Notes under the pieces: generated by a model
The model's database searches: none
What the model was told of the DNA's origin: nothing
The model's input: the letters and a program-made list of their open reading frames with translations, nothing else
Assembly (NCBI RefSeq): GCF_963921235.1
Contig: NC_086107.1
Coordinates: forward strand, 112,718,001 to 112,782,000
Length of the DNA stretch: 64,000 nt
From: Mobula hypostoma
Taxonomy: Eukaryota
Direction: 5' to 3'
Shown: positions 11,606 to 23,944 of the stretch, piece after piece
How positions within the stretch are numbered: the stretch's first letter is position 1
Layout of the letters: every line of letters starts with the position of its first letter
Position numbers and translations under genes: made by a program

Positions 11606-12913
11606 TCCGAAAACAGAGATACAAACTATAAAAATGAAAATATATATACAAAGGAAAAACGGGAAGGAATTTTCAGAAGATTAATTTGAAAACCCATTTC
11701 CTTTGACTTCTTTAACCACAATTGATGGTGAATTTGAAGAGGTCTTTAAAGGACAGCTGATGGAACAAGTATTAGAAATTCATTGAAAGATTAACTAGTT
11801 TAATCCTGAGGAGAGAGTATGAGCCTCTGGAACATTTCTGTCAAAATTGTATCCAGGCTGGAGTGTTGTAATGTGATTCATAGTTTAATCATATTCTGCA
11901 GAGTCGTTTGTGTATCACATGACACAATGGCTGTTCCTCATTAGGGCTCAATTTGGAATTTTGCAAGAAGCTTATTGTCAGGTATATTTATGCTGGTTAA
12001 TAGTTTCATTCCACGGTTTAGTTCAAAGTGGAATGGGAATAAACTGCCGAATAAAACTTGGGGCTTGCCCTCGGAAGTTTCGAGGACACTGAACCGAGAA
12101 GGAGAAGGTTTATTAACTTGTAGCGGTGGAAGATTAATCTTAAGGATTTTGCAGCAAATATCTGGGATATGCAGCTTTTTACCAATAGTTGGACAGTCTG
12201 TGATGTCTGAATGGTCCCCTTGTGCAGGATTCAGTTCCAGTCATCATTCATCTCTGTGACAGTTTGTGTACTGTCCGTTCTTTTCAACATTAGAGATGGT
12301 GCATACACTGAGGAACTTCTGCCTAAGCTATTCTGCCCAGTTCCTCTCTCAGCCTCGTTGATTCATGACCTCTTCTGCTATGTTATGCTAAAGCTGCTGA
12401 CAGTGACTGCATTCGGAAGTGCCTCTTTGACTAAAGGTTGCTTTTTTTATTAGATGTTTCTTTAGAAATACAAAAATAGATTTCCTCCATATGTTTGAGA
12501 AGGTTATTGAGGTAGAAAAGTAGAAGCTAATTCTTTTAGTAGGGAATATATAGCAAAAGAATATAATCTTAGAATAAGAATAATATCATGAAGTACTTTA
12601 ACACACAAAATAAACCAGATTTCAGCAATCTGATGGTTTTGAAAGCATATTAGAGTTGCTAAGATTCTTGCAAGGTGTTTCCAGACTAGTGGAATTTTTA
12701 ACTTTCTATTTAATTGTCTGTTTAAGGGTCTGAAAGGCATCCTGTTAATCTTTACTTCCTTTCCAAGAATTAATGCCATAAAACTGGCTGACTACAGAGT
12801 GGCACTGAAGACAATTTTGCACTGTCTGAGCTACAAATTGCACACTGAATTCCTGGTGGTTTATGAGTTTATTGGTTCGCCCTGACCCTGTGCTCCTAAT
12901 TTTTTTTTTGAAG

Positions 12914-12982
12914 GTACTGGTGATTGGCTTGGATGACCTGGTGAACCTCAAGAACGTGGAGCGATTGAAGCGAGAACTCCGG
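12914..12982 (+). CDS. FUZ: FUZ coding exon 4 (VLVIGLDDLVNLKNVERLKRELR)
   Basis: Poly-T + gaag acceptor, gtaagt donor, 69 nt. NVERLK motif is conserved in FUZ. Confidence 0.95.
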
Positions 12983-13904
12983 GTAAGTGGAGCTGTGAAA
13001 TGACAAGACTCTTTGTTGTCATCAGCGAGATTCAGTGGGTAGCATTGTTGCCTGCAAGACTGAAGTTTGACACTCAAACCAAAAAAGAAATGATACCTGA
13101 AATACCAGTATTTCACCTTTAAATTAGATGGTAAACCCAAGGGATGTAAAAGCTTACATAGCCTCTCTTCTGAACATAAGCAGTGTAACGCTCCTCAGTA
13201 TCTTTGCCAAAATCTTTCCCTAATCTGGCACTGACAAAACATTAATTTTATCACAAATCAACACACACAAAATGCTGGAGGAACTCAGCAGGTCAGACAG
13301 CATCGATGGAAAAGAATAAAGAGTCAACGTTTTGGGCAGGGGAAGCTTCCACACGTAGAACAAGTGATATAATCATAGAGCACAGAAACAAGCCCTTCTG
13401 CCCATCGTATCTGTGCTGATCATCAAGTACTCCTATACTAATCCTGTTTACTAGCTCTTGGTCCATGACCTACTGTGCCTTGGTAATCCAAGAGTTCATC
13501 TGGTTGCTTCTTGCATGCGGTGAGGTGATCTCACTCACTCAGGCAGTGTGTTCCAGATTGCAATCAATCACCCTCTGGGTGGGGGGAAAAAAATCTTTCT
13601 CAGACTTCCAAAGTTTAGAACTTGCTTCCACAATCAGAATCAGGTTTAATATCACTGATATTTGTCATGAAATTTGTTGTTTTGCAGCCACAGTACATTG
13701 CGATACATAATAATGAAAACTATAAATTACAATAAATACAATCATGTGGCAACAATTTGATTCACAGCCTGTTAGTCATCAGAAGTTTCAGTAAGCCAGG
13801 ATGCATTCATCATGTTAACCATTTGTCAGCCAGTCATGCAACAAACCTAAAGATCTGGATCTCAATGAGTTCAGCAACTCGATCACTGCCCACAGTTGCA
13901 GAAA

Positions 13905-14412
13905 TATACACTTATTAGGTGCTCATTAATACAAATATCTAATCAACCAATCATGTGACAGCATTTCGATGCATAAAAGCATACAGACATGGTCAAGAGG
14001 TTCAGTTGTCATTCAGACCAAACGTCAGAATGGGGAAGAAATGTGATCTAAGTGACTTTGACCATGGAATGATTGTTGGTGCCTGACAGGGTGGTTTGAG
14101 TTTCTCAGAAACTGCTGATCTCCTGGGATTTTCATGCACAGCAGCCTCTAGAGTTTCCAGAGAATAGTGCAGGAAACAAAAACCATCCGGTGAGAGGCAG
14201 TTCTGTGGGCAGAAACACCTTGTTAATGAGAGAAGTCAGAGGAGAATGACCAGACTGGCTCAAGCTGACAGGAAGGTGACAGTAACTCTAATAACTGTGT
14301 TACAACAGTGGTGTGCAAAAGAGCACGTCAAACCTTGAAGTTCATGGGCTACAGCAGCTTAAGACCACAAATGCTTCCACTTATATAGCTAATAAAGTGG
14401 CCACTGAGTATA
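13905..14412 (+). mobile_element. Non-autonomous Tc1-like DNA transposon (internal deletion derivative)
   Basis: ATGGGGAAGAAATGTGATCTAAGTGAC encodes a Tc1 paired-HTH start (MGKKCDLSDFD). Right TIR AATAAAGTGGCCACTGAGTA. Confidence 0.85.
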
Positions 14413-14551
14413 ATGTTCTGCACTCAACACTCAAGTTCCGCTGCCAAAAGGCATTGCAACTTGACTCCTAAATTATTTAACAGTAGATTTTCATTCAAAT
14501 GTTTGTTTACAATCTACTTGTTTGAGCTGTAAGTTCTTGCTGTTTCCCCAG

Positions 14552-14656
14552 GCTTGTTATAAGTTGATTGACAGTTTGCTGGCTGCGTCGGATTGGATCG
14601 GGGACCTGACGCTGTGCGTGGATTGCGTGGTGTCTCCTGATGCTGCAATACTGCAG
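14552..14656 (+). CDS. FUZ: FUZ coding exon 5 (ACYKLIDSLLAASDWIGDLTLCVDCVVSPDAAILQ)
   Basis: ttccccag acceptor, gttggt donor, 105 nt. LIDS...IGDLT.CVDCV matches FUZ. Confidence 0.95.
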
Positions 14657-14992
14657 GTTGGTGGTGATGTGAGAATGTGCAAAATTCTGATGAACGATTG
14701 ATACAGAGCACCTTGGTGCCTTAACTGGAAATAAGACAGTAAAGCAGAATTAGGCCATTTGGCCCGTCAATTCTGCTGTGCCATTCCGTAATGGCTGATT
14801 TATTATCCCAGCTCAACCCCATTCCCCTGCTGTCTCCCTGTAACCTTTGACACTGACTAATCAAGAATCCATCAATCTCTGTTTTAAACAACCTCCACAG
14901 CCAACTGTGACAGTGAATTCCACAGATTCACCATCCTCTGGCTAAAGAAATTCCTACTTAACTCTGTGCAAAATCTGAGGCTCTACCCTTTG

Positions 14993-17806
14993 ACAATAGA
15001 CAATAGGTGCAGGAATAGGCCATTCGGCCCTTTGAGCCAGCACCACCATTCACTGTGATCATGGCTGATCATCCACAATCAGTACCCCGTTCCTGCCTTC
15101 TCCCCATATCCCTTCACTCCGTTATCTTTATAGAAACATAGAAACATAGAAAATAGGTGCAGGAGTAGGCCATTCGGCCCTTTGAGCCTGCACCGCCATT
15201 TATTATGATCATGGCTGATCATCCAACTCAGAACCCTGTACCTGCCTTCTCTCCATACCCCCTGATCCTTTTAGCCACAAGGGCCATATCTAACTCCCTC
15301 TTAAGTATAGCCAATGAACTGGCCTCAACTGTTTCCTGTGGCAGAGAATTCCACAGATTCACAACACTCTGTGTGAAGAAGTTTTTCCTCATCTCGGTCC
15401 TAAAAGGCTTCCCCTTTATCTTCAAACTGTGACCCCTTGTTCTGGACTTCCTCAACATCGGGAACAATTTTCCTGCATCTAGCCTGTCCAATCCCTTTAG
15501 GATTTTATACGTTTCAATCAGATCCCCCCTCAATCTTCTAAATTCCAACGAGTATAAGCCTAGTCGATCCAGTCTTTCATCATATGAAAGTCCTGCCATC
15601 CCAGGAATCAATCTGGTGAACCTTCTTTGTACTCCCTCTATGGCAAGAATGTCTTTCCTCAGGTTAGGGGACCAAAACTGCACACAATACTCCAGGTGTG
15701 GTCTCACCAAGGCCTTGTACAACTGCAGTAGTACCTCCCTGCTCCTGTACTCAAATCCTCTTGCTATGAATGCCAGCATACCATTCGCCTTTTTCACCGC
15801 CTGCTGTACCTGCATGCCCACTTTCAATGACTGGTGTATAATGACACCCAGGTCTCGTTGCACCTCCCCTTTTCCTAATCGGCCACCATTCAGATAATAA
15901 TCTGTTTTCCTGTTTTTGCCACCAAAGTGGATAACCTCACATTTATCCACATTAAATTGCATCTGCCATGAATTTGCCCACTCACCTAACCTATCCAAGT
16001 CACCCTGCATCCTCTTAGCATCCTCCTCACAGCTAACACTGCCACCCAGCTTCGTGTCATCCACAAACTTGGAGATGCTGCATTTAATTCCCTCATCTAA
16101 GTCATTAATATATGTTGTAAACAACTGGGGTCCCAGCACTGAGCCTTGCGGTACCCCACTAGTCACTGCCTGCCATTCTGAAAAGGTCCCGTTTATTCCC
16201 ACTCTTTGCTTCCTGTCTGCCAACCAATTCTCTATCCACATCAATACCATACCCCCAATACCATGTGCTTTATGAACTCTAACTAACTCTTTTTTGAAAG
16301 AATCCAGAGAATTGGCCTCCACTGCCTTCTGAGGCACAGCAATCCACAGATCCACAACCCTCTGTGTGAAAAAGTTTTTCCTCAACTCTGTTCTAAATGG
16401 TTTACCCCTTATTATTAAACTGTAGCCTCTGGTTCTGGACTCCCCCAACATCGGGAACATGTTTCCTGCCTCTAGTGTGTCCAATCCCTTAATAATCTTA
16501 TATGTTTCAATCAGATCCCCTCTCATCCTTCTAAATTCCAGTGTATACAAGCCCAGTTGCTCCAATATTTCAACATATGACATTCCCGCCATCTCTGGAA
16601 CTAACCCAGTGAATCTATGCTGCCCTCCCTCCATAGCAAGAATGTCCTTCCTCAAATTTGGAGACCAAAACTGCACACAGTACTCCAGGTGGGGTCACAC
16701 CAGGGCCTTGTACAACTGCTGAAGGATCTCTTTGCTCCTATACTCAGCTCCCCTTGTTATGAAGGCCAACATATCATTAGCTTTCTTCACTGCCTGCTGT
16801 ACCTGTATGCTTACTTCCAGTGACTGATGAACAAGGACACCCAGATCTCGTTGTACTTCCCCTTTTCCTAACTTGACACCATTCAGATAGTAATCTGCCT
16901 TCCTGTTCTTGCCATCAAAGTGGATAACCTCACATTTATCCACATTAAACTGCATCTGCCATGCATCTGCCCACTCACCCAGCCTGTCCAAGTCACCCTG
17001 CATTCTCATAACATCCCCCTAACTTTTCACACTGTCACCCAGCTTTGTGTCATCTGCAAATTTTGTAATGTTACTTTTAAACCCATCATCTAAATCATTA
17101 ATGTATATTGTAAATAGCTGCGGTCCCAGCACTGAGCCTTGCGGTACCCCACTAGTCACTGCCTGCCATTCTGAAAAGGACCTGTTAATCCCTACTCTTT
17201 GTTTCCTGTCTGCCAACCAATTTTTTATCCATGTCAGTACCCTACCCCCAATACCATGTGCTCTTATTTTGCCCACTAACCACCTATGTGGGACTTTATC
17301 AAAGGCTTTCTGAAAGTCTAGGTACACTACATCCACTGGCTTTTCCATATTCATTTTCATAGTTACATCCTCAAAAAATTCCAGAAGATTAGTAAAGCAT
17401 GATTTCCCCTTCGTAAATCCATGCTGACTTGGAGCTATCCTGCTACTGTGATCCAAATATGCCGCTATTTCATCTTTTATAATTGACTCCAGTATCCTTC
17501 CCACCACTGATGTCAGACTAACTGGTCTATAATTGCCTCTTCCTCCTTTCTTAAAAAGTGGGATAACATTAGCTACCCTCCAATCGGCAGGAACTGATCC
17601 TGAATCTATAGAACATTGGAAAATGATTACCAATGCGTCCACGATTTCTAGACCCACCTCCTTAAGTACCCTGGGATGCAGACCATCAGGCTCTGGGGAT
17701 TTATCAGCTTTCAGTTTACCCAACACCATTTTCTGCCTCATGCGAATTTCCTTCAGTTCCTCCGTTACCCTAGGTCCTCTGGCCTCTATTACATCTGGGA
17801 GATTGA
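14993..17806 (-). mobile_element. CR1 subfamily B (CTATTGT tail), 5'-truncated and frameshifted, interrupted by a subfamily A copy
   Basis: ORFs 17019..17741, 16695..17009 and the first part of 15228..16676 are RT pieces. Its 3' UTR and tail lie at 14993-15130. Confidence 0.9.
15132..16267 (-). mobile_element. CR1 subfamily A, 5'-truncated, nested in subfamily B
   Basis: (CATAGAAA)n tail and intact RT C-terminal ORF. CTTTAT is duplicated at 15126-15131 and 16268-16273. Confidence 0.92.
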
Positions 17807-19429
17807 TTTGGTGCTGGACTCACGCATATCCTCTCCAGATCCACTCTATCTAGGTCTTTCAGTATTCTATATAGTTCATTGAGATCCCCTTCATTCTTTT
17901 CAGTTCCAGCTCGTAGAGGCCCAGAGTCATCAAAAGTACCACATACATTAACCCTTTCCTTCCTGTAATCATTCTCATGAATCTCCTCTGGACCCTCAAG
18001 TTCAAGTTTGATTGTCATTCAACCATACAAGATTTTAGCCAAATGAAACAGCAGTACTCTGGGGCCAAGGTGCAAAGCACAGTACACTGAACAAGGCACA
18101 TGTAGCATATATAGGATAGCAGTAAAATAGTCAAATACAATCAGTGATCCAAAGAGCAACAATGATTTAACATTTTGTCTTTATTTACAGAATATATCCT
18201 TAGCGAATATTGGAAGTGTGAAAAGTGCTTGGGTTGAAACCTAGATGAAGAGTCCTGGAGAATTAAACTAGTTTTGTTAGTCTCGATTAAGTTATAGTCA
18301 GAGAAAATCTAACCTGTACATTCTCCCATCAGTCCCAGGGCAGGAAAAGGGATGGATTTTAAATTTAGTTAAGTCTCTTTGCACTGTCCCATTGTAATTT
18401 CCAAAGCAGTCGCTTTCTTCGGAAACTCTCCTGCTGTCGGAGGATGTTATTGAAATTCTGAGATTTATGTGATTATTGGTGTGGACTGTAGTTCAAACTG
18501 ACCATAGTTCGTATTGATCTGCTTCAGTTTTCTGTGTTTTCTTCCTTGTTGCTGATTGGCATATTGGGGGTTGCTGTTTTTCTGTGTGGATGATACGTTA
18601 GGGTTTTTTTTGCAAGGGAGGGAGCTGGGGATTTGAGGATTGATGTAGTAGGTGCTGATTTTCTGTTAGTTTTTGTGCAGGGGCGTGGGGGTTTTGGGGT
18701 TTGTGAATTTTTCCTGTGACGATATCCTGAGTTATTCATTATGGACCGTGCTTTTAAAAAGAGAGCGAGAGCGTGCAGCAGTACAGCACAAACAACTTGT
18801 TATTGAGAGAGAGCGAGAGAGAGAGAGAAAGGCGCGAAGTTTGGATTGCTGCAAGGACACTGCCAGCTTCTGAGTTCCTACAGAGAGAGAAGGGAGGAGC
18901 TACTTGATGGACAGCTGGTGTTCAGCACAACAGTATTTAAAGTAGTGTAATTGCTTGTTTCATGGCTACCAGGAGAAGATGAGTCTTGGAGTTAAATACT
19001 GAATAGGTATTTTGATAATAAAATGGACCTTTGAACATGGGTTAGGTAGGCAGTAAAATTCCTGCTACCCTCCCCCGTCATTCACTCCCAGGCCATTTGG
19101 CTCGTCACACCTGCTTTAGTTCGTATTTTACCTCATCCCACTTTCACTGACACCATTTTCTTTGATTCCTTTAATAACCTGAAATCTGTTGATCTCTGCT
19201 TTGAATGAATTCAATGACTGTGAGGAGTCCTCCAGGATAGAAAGTTCAAAAGATTCAACACCCTCTTGAATAACAAAATTTATCTTAATTCAATCCAAAA
19301 TGGCCCTCACGCTAAAATACAACACAGGTAATGATTTTTAAATTCCAATGAGACCATTGCTAATTTTAATAAATTCCAAAGAGTATAGACCCAGAGTACT
19401 CACTCTCTTCACAAATTTCTCCTCTTTGT

Positions 19430-20925
19430 GGCCGAGTTTGTGGACAATATCAAGATAAATAGAGGGGCAGGTAGTGCTGAGGAAGCAGGGAGGCTAGAGA
19501 AGGACTTGGATTAGGAGAATGGGCAAAGAAGTGGCAGATGGAATATGAATAGGGAAGGATATGGTAATACACTTTGGTAGAAGGAATAAAGATGTAGTCT
19601 AGTTTCTAAATGGGGAGAACATTCAGAAATCAGAGGTGCGAAGGGACTTGAGAGTCCTTATGCAGGATTCCCTAAAGGTTCATTTGCAGGTTTAGTTGGT
19701 GGTAAGGAAGGCAAATGCAATACTAGCATTCATTTTGAGAGGACTAGGATATAAAAGCAAGAATGTAATGCTGAGGCTTTATAAGGCATTGGTCAGACTA
19801 AACGGAGTATTGTGAGCATCCCTGGGCCTCTTACCTAAGAAGGGGTTCCTTAAGATTATCGTAGCTGGGGGTGTGGACGGTAGTGAAGATAAGCTCCCAC
19901 TACCTATAAAGTGCTCCCAATGGCAGGTATCTCAAGTAGCCTCTGAAAACGAAGTCCAACTCCTGGCCTTTACATGTAGCTTAGCTACTAAAGTCCAGCA
20001 GAACCGTTTCTACTGACAGGAGAAGGGGCAAAGATGAGTTTCTGGCACCTTAAAACCAGTCACTTCGGGCAGATGGCGCTTGTCAGCTCATCTCGGAGAA
20101 GGAAAACTCTGATCTCAAACCTTGTGACTACACCCACTCATGGGGAAGGCTTTAGGAGTAAATCCCAAGGGGGAGAAGTCCGGAGCTGGAGTCCCTAAGG
20201 CAGTCCTACTTTGAACTCAACGTTGACTGGCAGCTCCTGCGTCACTGCTGGTGCCAAACTTTGTCAGTCTCTGCTGTTCCTTTGGGTTCATGGAGAGGGG
20301 GAGTCTGCTGCATGGGGAACAACCGTCTCTCAATATCATACTGCCCTGGTTTGCGTATTACAGCTGGGACACAATGTCCGTGGTCACCATCGACCTATGG
20401 AAGGCCTCCTCCAAGAAGGAATGTGCTGGCATTGGAGAGGGTCATGAGAATGATCCCAGGAATGAAAGGGTTAAGGCTATGAGGAGTGTTTGGCTTTGGG
20501 CCTGTATTTGCTGGAGTTTAGAAGAATGGTGGGGGGGGGGGGCGGCGGAATCTCATTGAAATATATCGAATATTGAAAGGCCTAGATAGAGTAGATGTTT
20601 CCTATGGTGGGTGAGTCTCGGACCAGAGAGCTCAACCTCAGAAGAAAGGGACATCCATTTAGAACAGAGGTGAAGAGGAATTTCTTTAGCCAGAGGGTGG
20701 TGAGTCTGTGGAATTCATTACCACAGGCAGCTGTGGAGGCCAAGTCATTAGATTTATTTAAAGTGGAGGTTGATAGGTTCCTGATTAGGAACGATGTCAA
20801 AGGTTACAGGGCAAAGGCAGGAGAATGGGGTTGAAAGGAATAATAAAACAGTCATGATGGAATGGCAGGCCAGACTTGATGATCCGTACGGCCTAATTCT
20901 GCTCCTACTGTATGTCTTGTAGCCT
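19430..20925 (+). mobile_element. Degenerate CR1 3' region split by an RTE-related insertion
   Basis: Decayed FADDTK/DLDRLGEW remnants on the left; ORF 20595..20834 (RNFFSQRVVSLWNSLP) on the right. Confidence 0.85.
19844..20412 (+). mobile_element. Non-autonomous RTE-related element (~570 bp), copy 1
   Basis: Non-coding insert inside CR1 flanked by an AAGAAGG duplication; homologous end to end to the reverse complement of 22852-23430. RTE assignment is from resemblance only. Confidence 0.7.
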
Positions 20926-21443
20926 GAATGGCAAACCTACCATCCCTGGAAACGGGTTAATGAATCTTTGTTGCACTCCCTCTACAGTAAGTATATCCTT
21001 TTTTTAGGTAAGGAGACCAAAATTATCCACAATTCTCCAGATGCAGTGTCATCAAGGCATGATATAATTGTAATGTGACATCTTTAATCCTGTATTCAAA
21101 TCCTCTCATAATAAGGGCCAACATACCATTTGCTTTTCTAATTGCTTGTGATGTATTGGTTCTTCGGTGACTTGGCAACAGGGACAGTCAGGCTCCTTTG
21201 AATTTCCCAGTCACTCACATTTAAAAGTATTCTGTGTTTTATTCTACCTCATGTTTTGCGTTATTACATCTTGTCAGTCAGTCATAGCCCTCTACAGCAC
21301 AGAAACATCTAGTCTGTGCCGAACTATTATCCTCCCTTGTCCTATCGACCTGCACATGGACCATAGCCCACCACACCCCTCGCATCCATGTATTTATCCA
21401 AACTTCCCTTCAATGTTAAAATCAAAACCGCATCCGTCACTTA

Positions 21444-21995
21444 TGTTGTAGCGTGGATGAAATCACTGGAGAGACAGTCACTGGTAGATACAAAGCAGCT
21501 TCTTTATTCGACACAACAAAGTACAGCAGGCATCTCGAGGCGCTTTCTGCAAAAGTTCTGCTAGCTAAATGTGGGCTCGATATTTATATGCTAAACACAA
21601 AGGCAATCACTACTTTAAAAAGTTACAGACAATGCTTAGACAACGCTTCCTTTTGAAGTTACATACAAACATCACACCTTCGGATTTCATCCTTTCCTTC
21701 TGACACCAACCTGTCTGGGTTGGTATCCACAGCCTTTAGTTCAATCCACAATACATTTATTTGGAATTTTACATGCTAACATAGAAGACAATTAATATTT
21801 ATAATGTATAGATAATACTGTCTTTGAAACTACAGCATCAGGCACCAGAAGCATCTGGTATTTGCACCTTTTAGGAAGCCCATTGTGGTGGACTCAATCC
21901 ACAGTCCTTTGTCAAACAGTTAAAATAGGAATCTGGCGGCCAAAGTCATTTAAGTGTTAACAAATCATCTACCCAAAAAGAAATCCACTCTAACA
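21444..21995 (-). mobile_element. Solo LTR (552 bp)
   Basis: TG...CA termini with imperfect inverted ends (TGTTGTAGCGTGGAT / ATCCACTCTAACA). 5-bp TSD ACTTA at 21439-21443 and 21996-22000. Minus-strand AATAAA at 21503-21508. Interrupts a CR1 fragment. Confidence 0.8.
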
Positions 21996-22208
21996 ACTTA
22001 CACTGGCAGCTTGTTCCACAGTCTCAACATCCTCTGAGTCAATAAGTTCCCCTCATGTTCTCCTTAAACGTTTCACCTTTCACCCTTAACCCACAATCTC
22101 AAGTATTTCATCAGCTGTAAACTGCTTTGGGAAAGAGGTCACTAGCGATTATAGAAATGTGAGCCCTGGTGCTTTTTTAAATGGTCCATTATTTCTCGCC
22201 TGCTTCAG

Positions 22209-22406
22209 GAAGTGCTGGAAGTGTTTGTGGCTGCTGCGGAGAGCAACTTTGGCTGTCTCGTGGTCATGGGCAAAGTAGTTGTGGCCACGGAGAAGTGGTG
22301 GCGGCTGGCTGCCCAGGAGGTAGTGCTGTTGGCATGGCTGGTTGGATCACTGGCACCCAGTTCATCCCGGGACTACCCCATCTACTTACCACATGGCAGC
22401 CCAACC
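22209..22406 (+). CDS. FUZ: FUZ coding exon 6 (EVLEVFVAAAESNFGCLVVMGKVVVATEKWWRL...SRDYPIYLPHGSPT)
   Basis: cttcag acceptor, gtaagt donor, 198 nt. ATE.WWRL and RDYP.YLPHGSPT are diagnostic of FUZ. Confidence 0.97.
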
Positions 22407-22524
22407 GTAAGTAACAGACAACCATCAATAAACTGGATGCAGCCTCCCTTTCTTGTTTTGTGGGTGTGTGCATTATTGTCAAGGTTGGCATTAAATCCCA
22501 GTTCCTGTTCATCCCTCAGCACTT

Positions 22525-22830
22525 TGGGTGGCACAGTGGTAGAGCTCCTGACCACTCTGGAGATCCAAGTTCAAACCTGCCCTTCGGTGCTGGCCATATG
22601 ACTTTGCATGTTCCCACTGTAGCTGTGAGGGTTTCCTCGGGCTGCTCAGTTTCCTCCCACGTTGTAGAGATGTGTACCTTGGTGGGTTAATAGCATAGAG
22701 CAGTGGTAGAATTTTGGGCAATTGATGGGAATGTGGGAGAGAATAAAATTTGTGCAGATAGGTGCTTGATGGTTAGCATGAGAATGGGCTGAAGGGTCTT
22801 TTCTGTTCTCCATGACGCTCTGTCTGTATA
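22525..22830 (+). mobile_element. tRNA-derived SINE (degenerate)
   Basis: TGGCACAGTGGTAG A-box, AGTTCAAACC B-box, GTTTCCTCCCAC core and CR1-like tail. Confidence 0.7.
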
Positions 22831-22851
22831 ATGGAAACATAGAGATTAAAC

Positions 22852-23430
22852 CGAGGCCTCCATTGGTTGGGGGCGACCATGTATCCTAGCTGTCGATGTA
22901 ACACAAACCAGGGCAATATGATATGGAGAGCAAAGTGTTGCCCGTGTAGCAGGCTCCCTCTCTCCAAGCAGCTGATGAATCGAAAGGAATGGCAGAGATC
23001 GATACAGTTTGGCATCAGCAGTGTCACAGAATTTGCCGGTCAGCGTTGAACTCAATGTAGGACAGCCTTAGGGACTCCAGCTTTGGATTTTTCGCTTGGG
23101 GTTTACTCCCGAAGCCTTCCCCATGAGTGTGTGCAGCCACAAGGCAGCGGAGGTTCAGATCAGAGTTGTCCTTCTAGATGAGCTGCTTACCATGACCGAC
23201 GAGCCCCCTCTGCCCAGAGGGACTGGTTTTAAGGTGCCAGTAACCTGCCTTTGCCCTTTCTTCCTTCAGTAGAAATGGTTTTGCTGGGCTTAGTAGCTAA
23301 GCCACTCGTGAAGGCCTGGAGCTGGATTTGGTTGTCAGAGGCAATTTGAGATTCATACCATTGGGAGCATTTAATTGGTAGTGGAGTTTATCCCCAGAAC
23401 CTCCTTCAGCTGTAACAACCTTAAGGAACC
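22852..23430 (-). mobile_element. Non-autonomous RTE-related element, copy 2 (inverted relative to copy 1)
   Basis: Reverse complement begins GGTTCCTTAAG like copy 1 and shares GGAGTCCCTAAGGC and GGGGAAGGCTT blocks. TTAAAC occurs on both flanks. Confidence 0.7.
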
Positions 23431-23637
23431 AAGGTTAAACTGCTACATTCATAATACAGAGACTCAATTAATAATGTTCAGATCCCACTGCATGGAATTT
23501 AAATAAATCTGTATAAAAATGCCAGAATTCATAATGCAACCTTGCAACTTGGATTTTTGTAAAAATCTACTTGGATTATGAATATCCTTTGATGAAGAAA
23601 ATGTGCTGCTCTTGTCCGGATTGGTCCAGACTTGCGA

Positions 23638-23855
23638 CACACAAAATGCTGGAGGAACTCAGCAGACTAGGCAGCATCTATGGAAAAGAATAAGCAGTCG
23701 ACATTTCGGATTGAGACCGTCCTAATGAAGGGTCTCGGCCCAAAACATCAACTGTTTACTTTTTTCCATAGATGCTGCCCGGCCTGCTGAGTTCCTGAAG
23801 CATTTTGTGTACGTTGCTTAGGTTTCCAGCATCTGCAGATTTTCTCTTGTTTGTG
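23638..23855. mobile_element. Palindromic Penelope pLTR derivative
   Basis: CACACAAAATGCTGGAGGAACTCAGCAG... followed by its imperfect reverse complement ...CTGCTGAGTTCCTGAAGCATTTTGTGT, with decayed hammerhead halves in the centre. Confidence 0.75.
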
Positions 23856-23944
23856 ACCAGTCTTGCTGCAATGTGTTTGATTCATAATCATCTGTTGAAG
23901 TAGCCTAGCAAGCTATTCAGATGAAGGCATGTTTAGTGGGCAAA

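Larger units (their letters stand above)
14730..17997 (-). mobile_element. Old CR1 3' fragment (outer layer), pieces ~14730-14992 and ~17811-17997
   Basis: Degenerate CR1 tail on the left and a collinear continuation (ELYRILKDLDRVD) on the right of the nested inserts. Confidence 0.7.

Noticed and set aside
18170..19000. Possible decayed L1 3' region and LTR fragment with GA microsatellite
   Set aside because: Repeat-like, but no boundaries, TSD or translatable motif that I can support.
19860..20030. HDV-like ribozyme at the 5' end of the RTE-related element (CTCCTG/CAGGAG and GTAGCTGG/TTAGCTAC pairings)
   Set aside because: Only part of the nested double pseudoknot can be drawn, P1.1 is not evident and an alternative hairpin competes. 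It needs a family consensus and a descriptor search.
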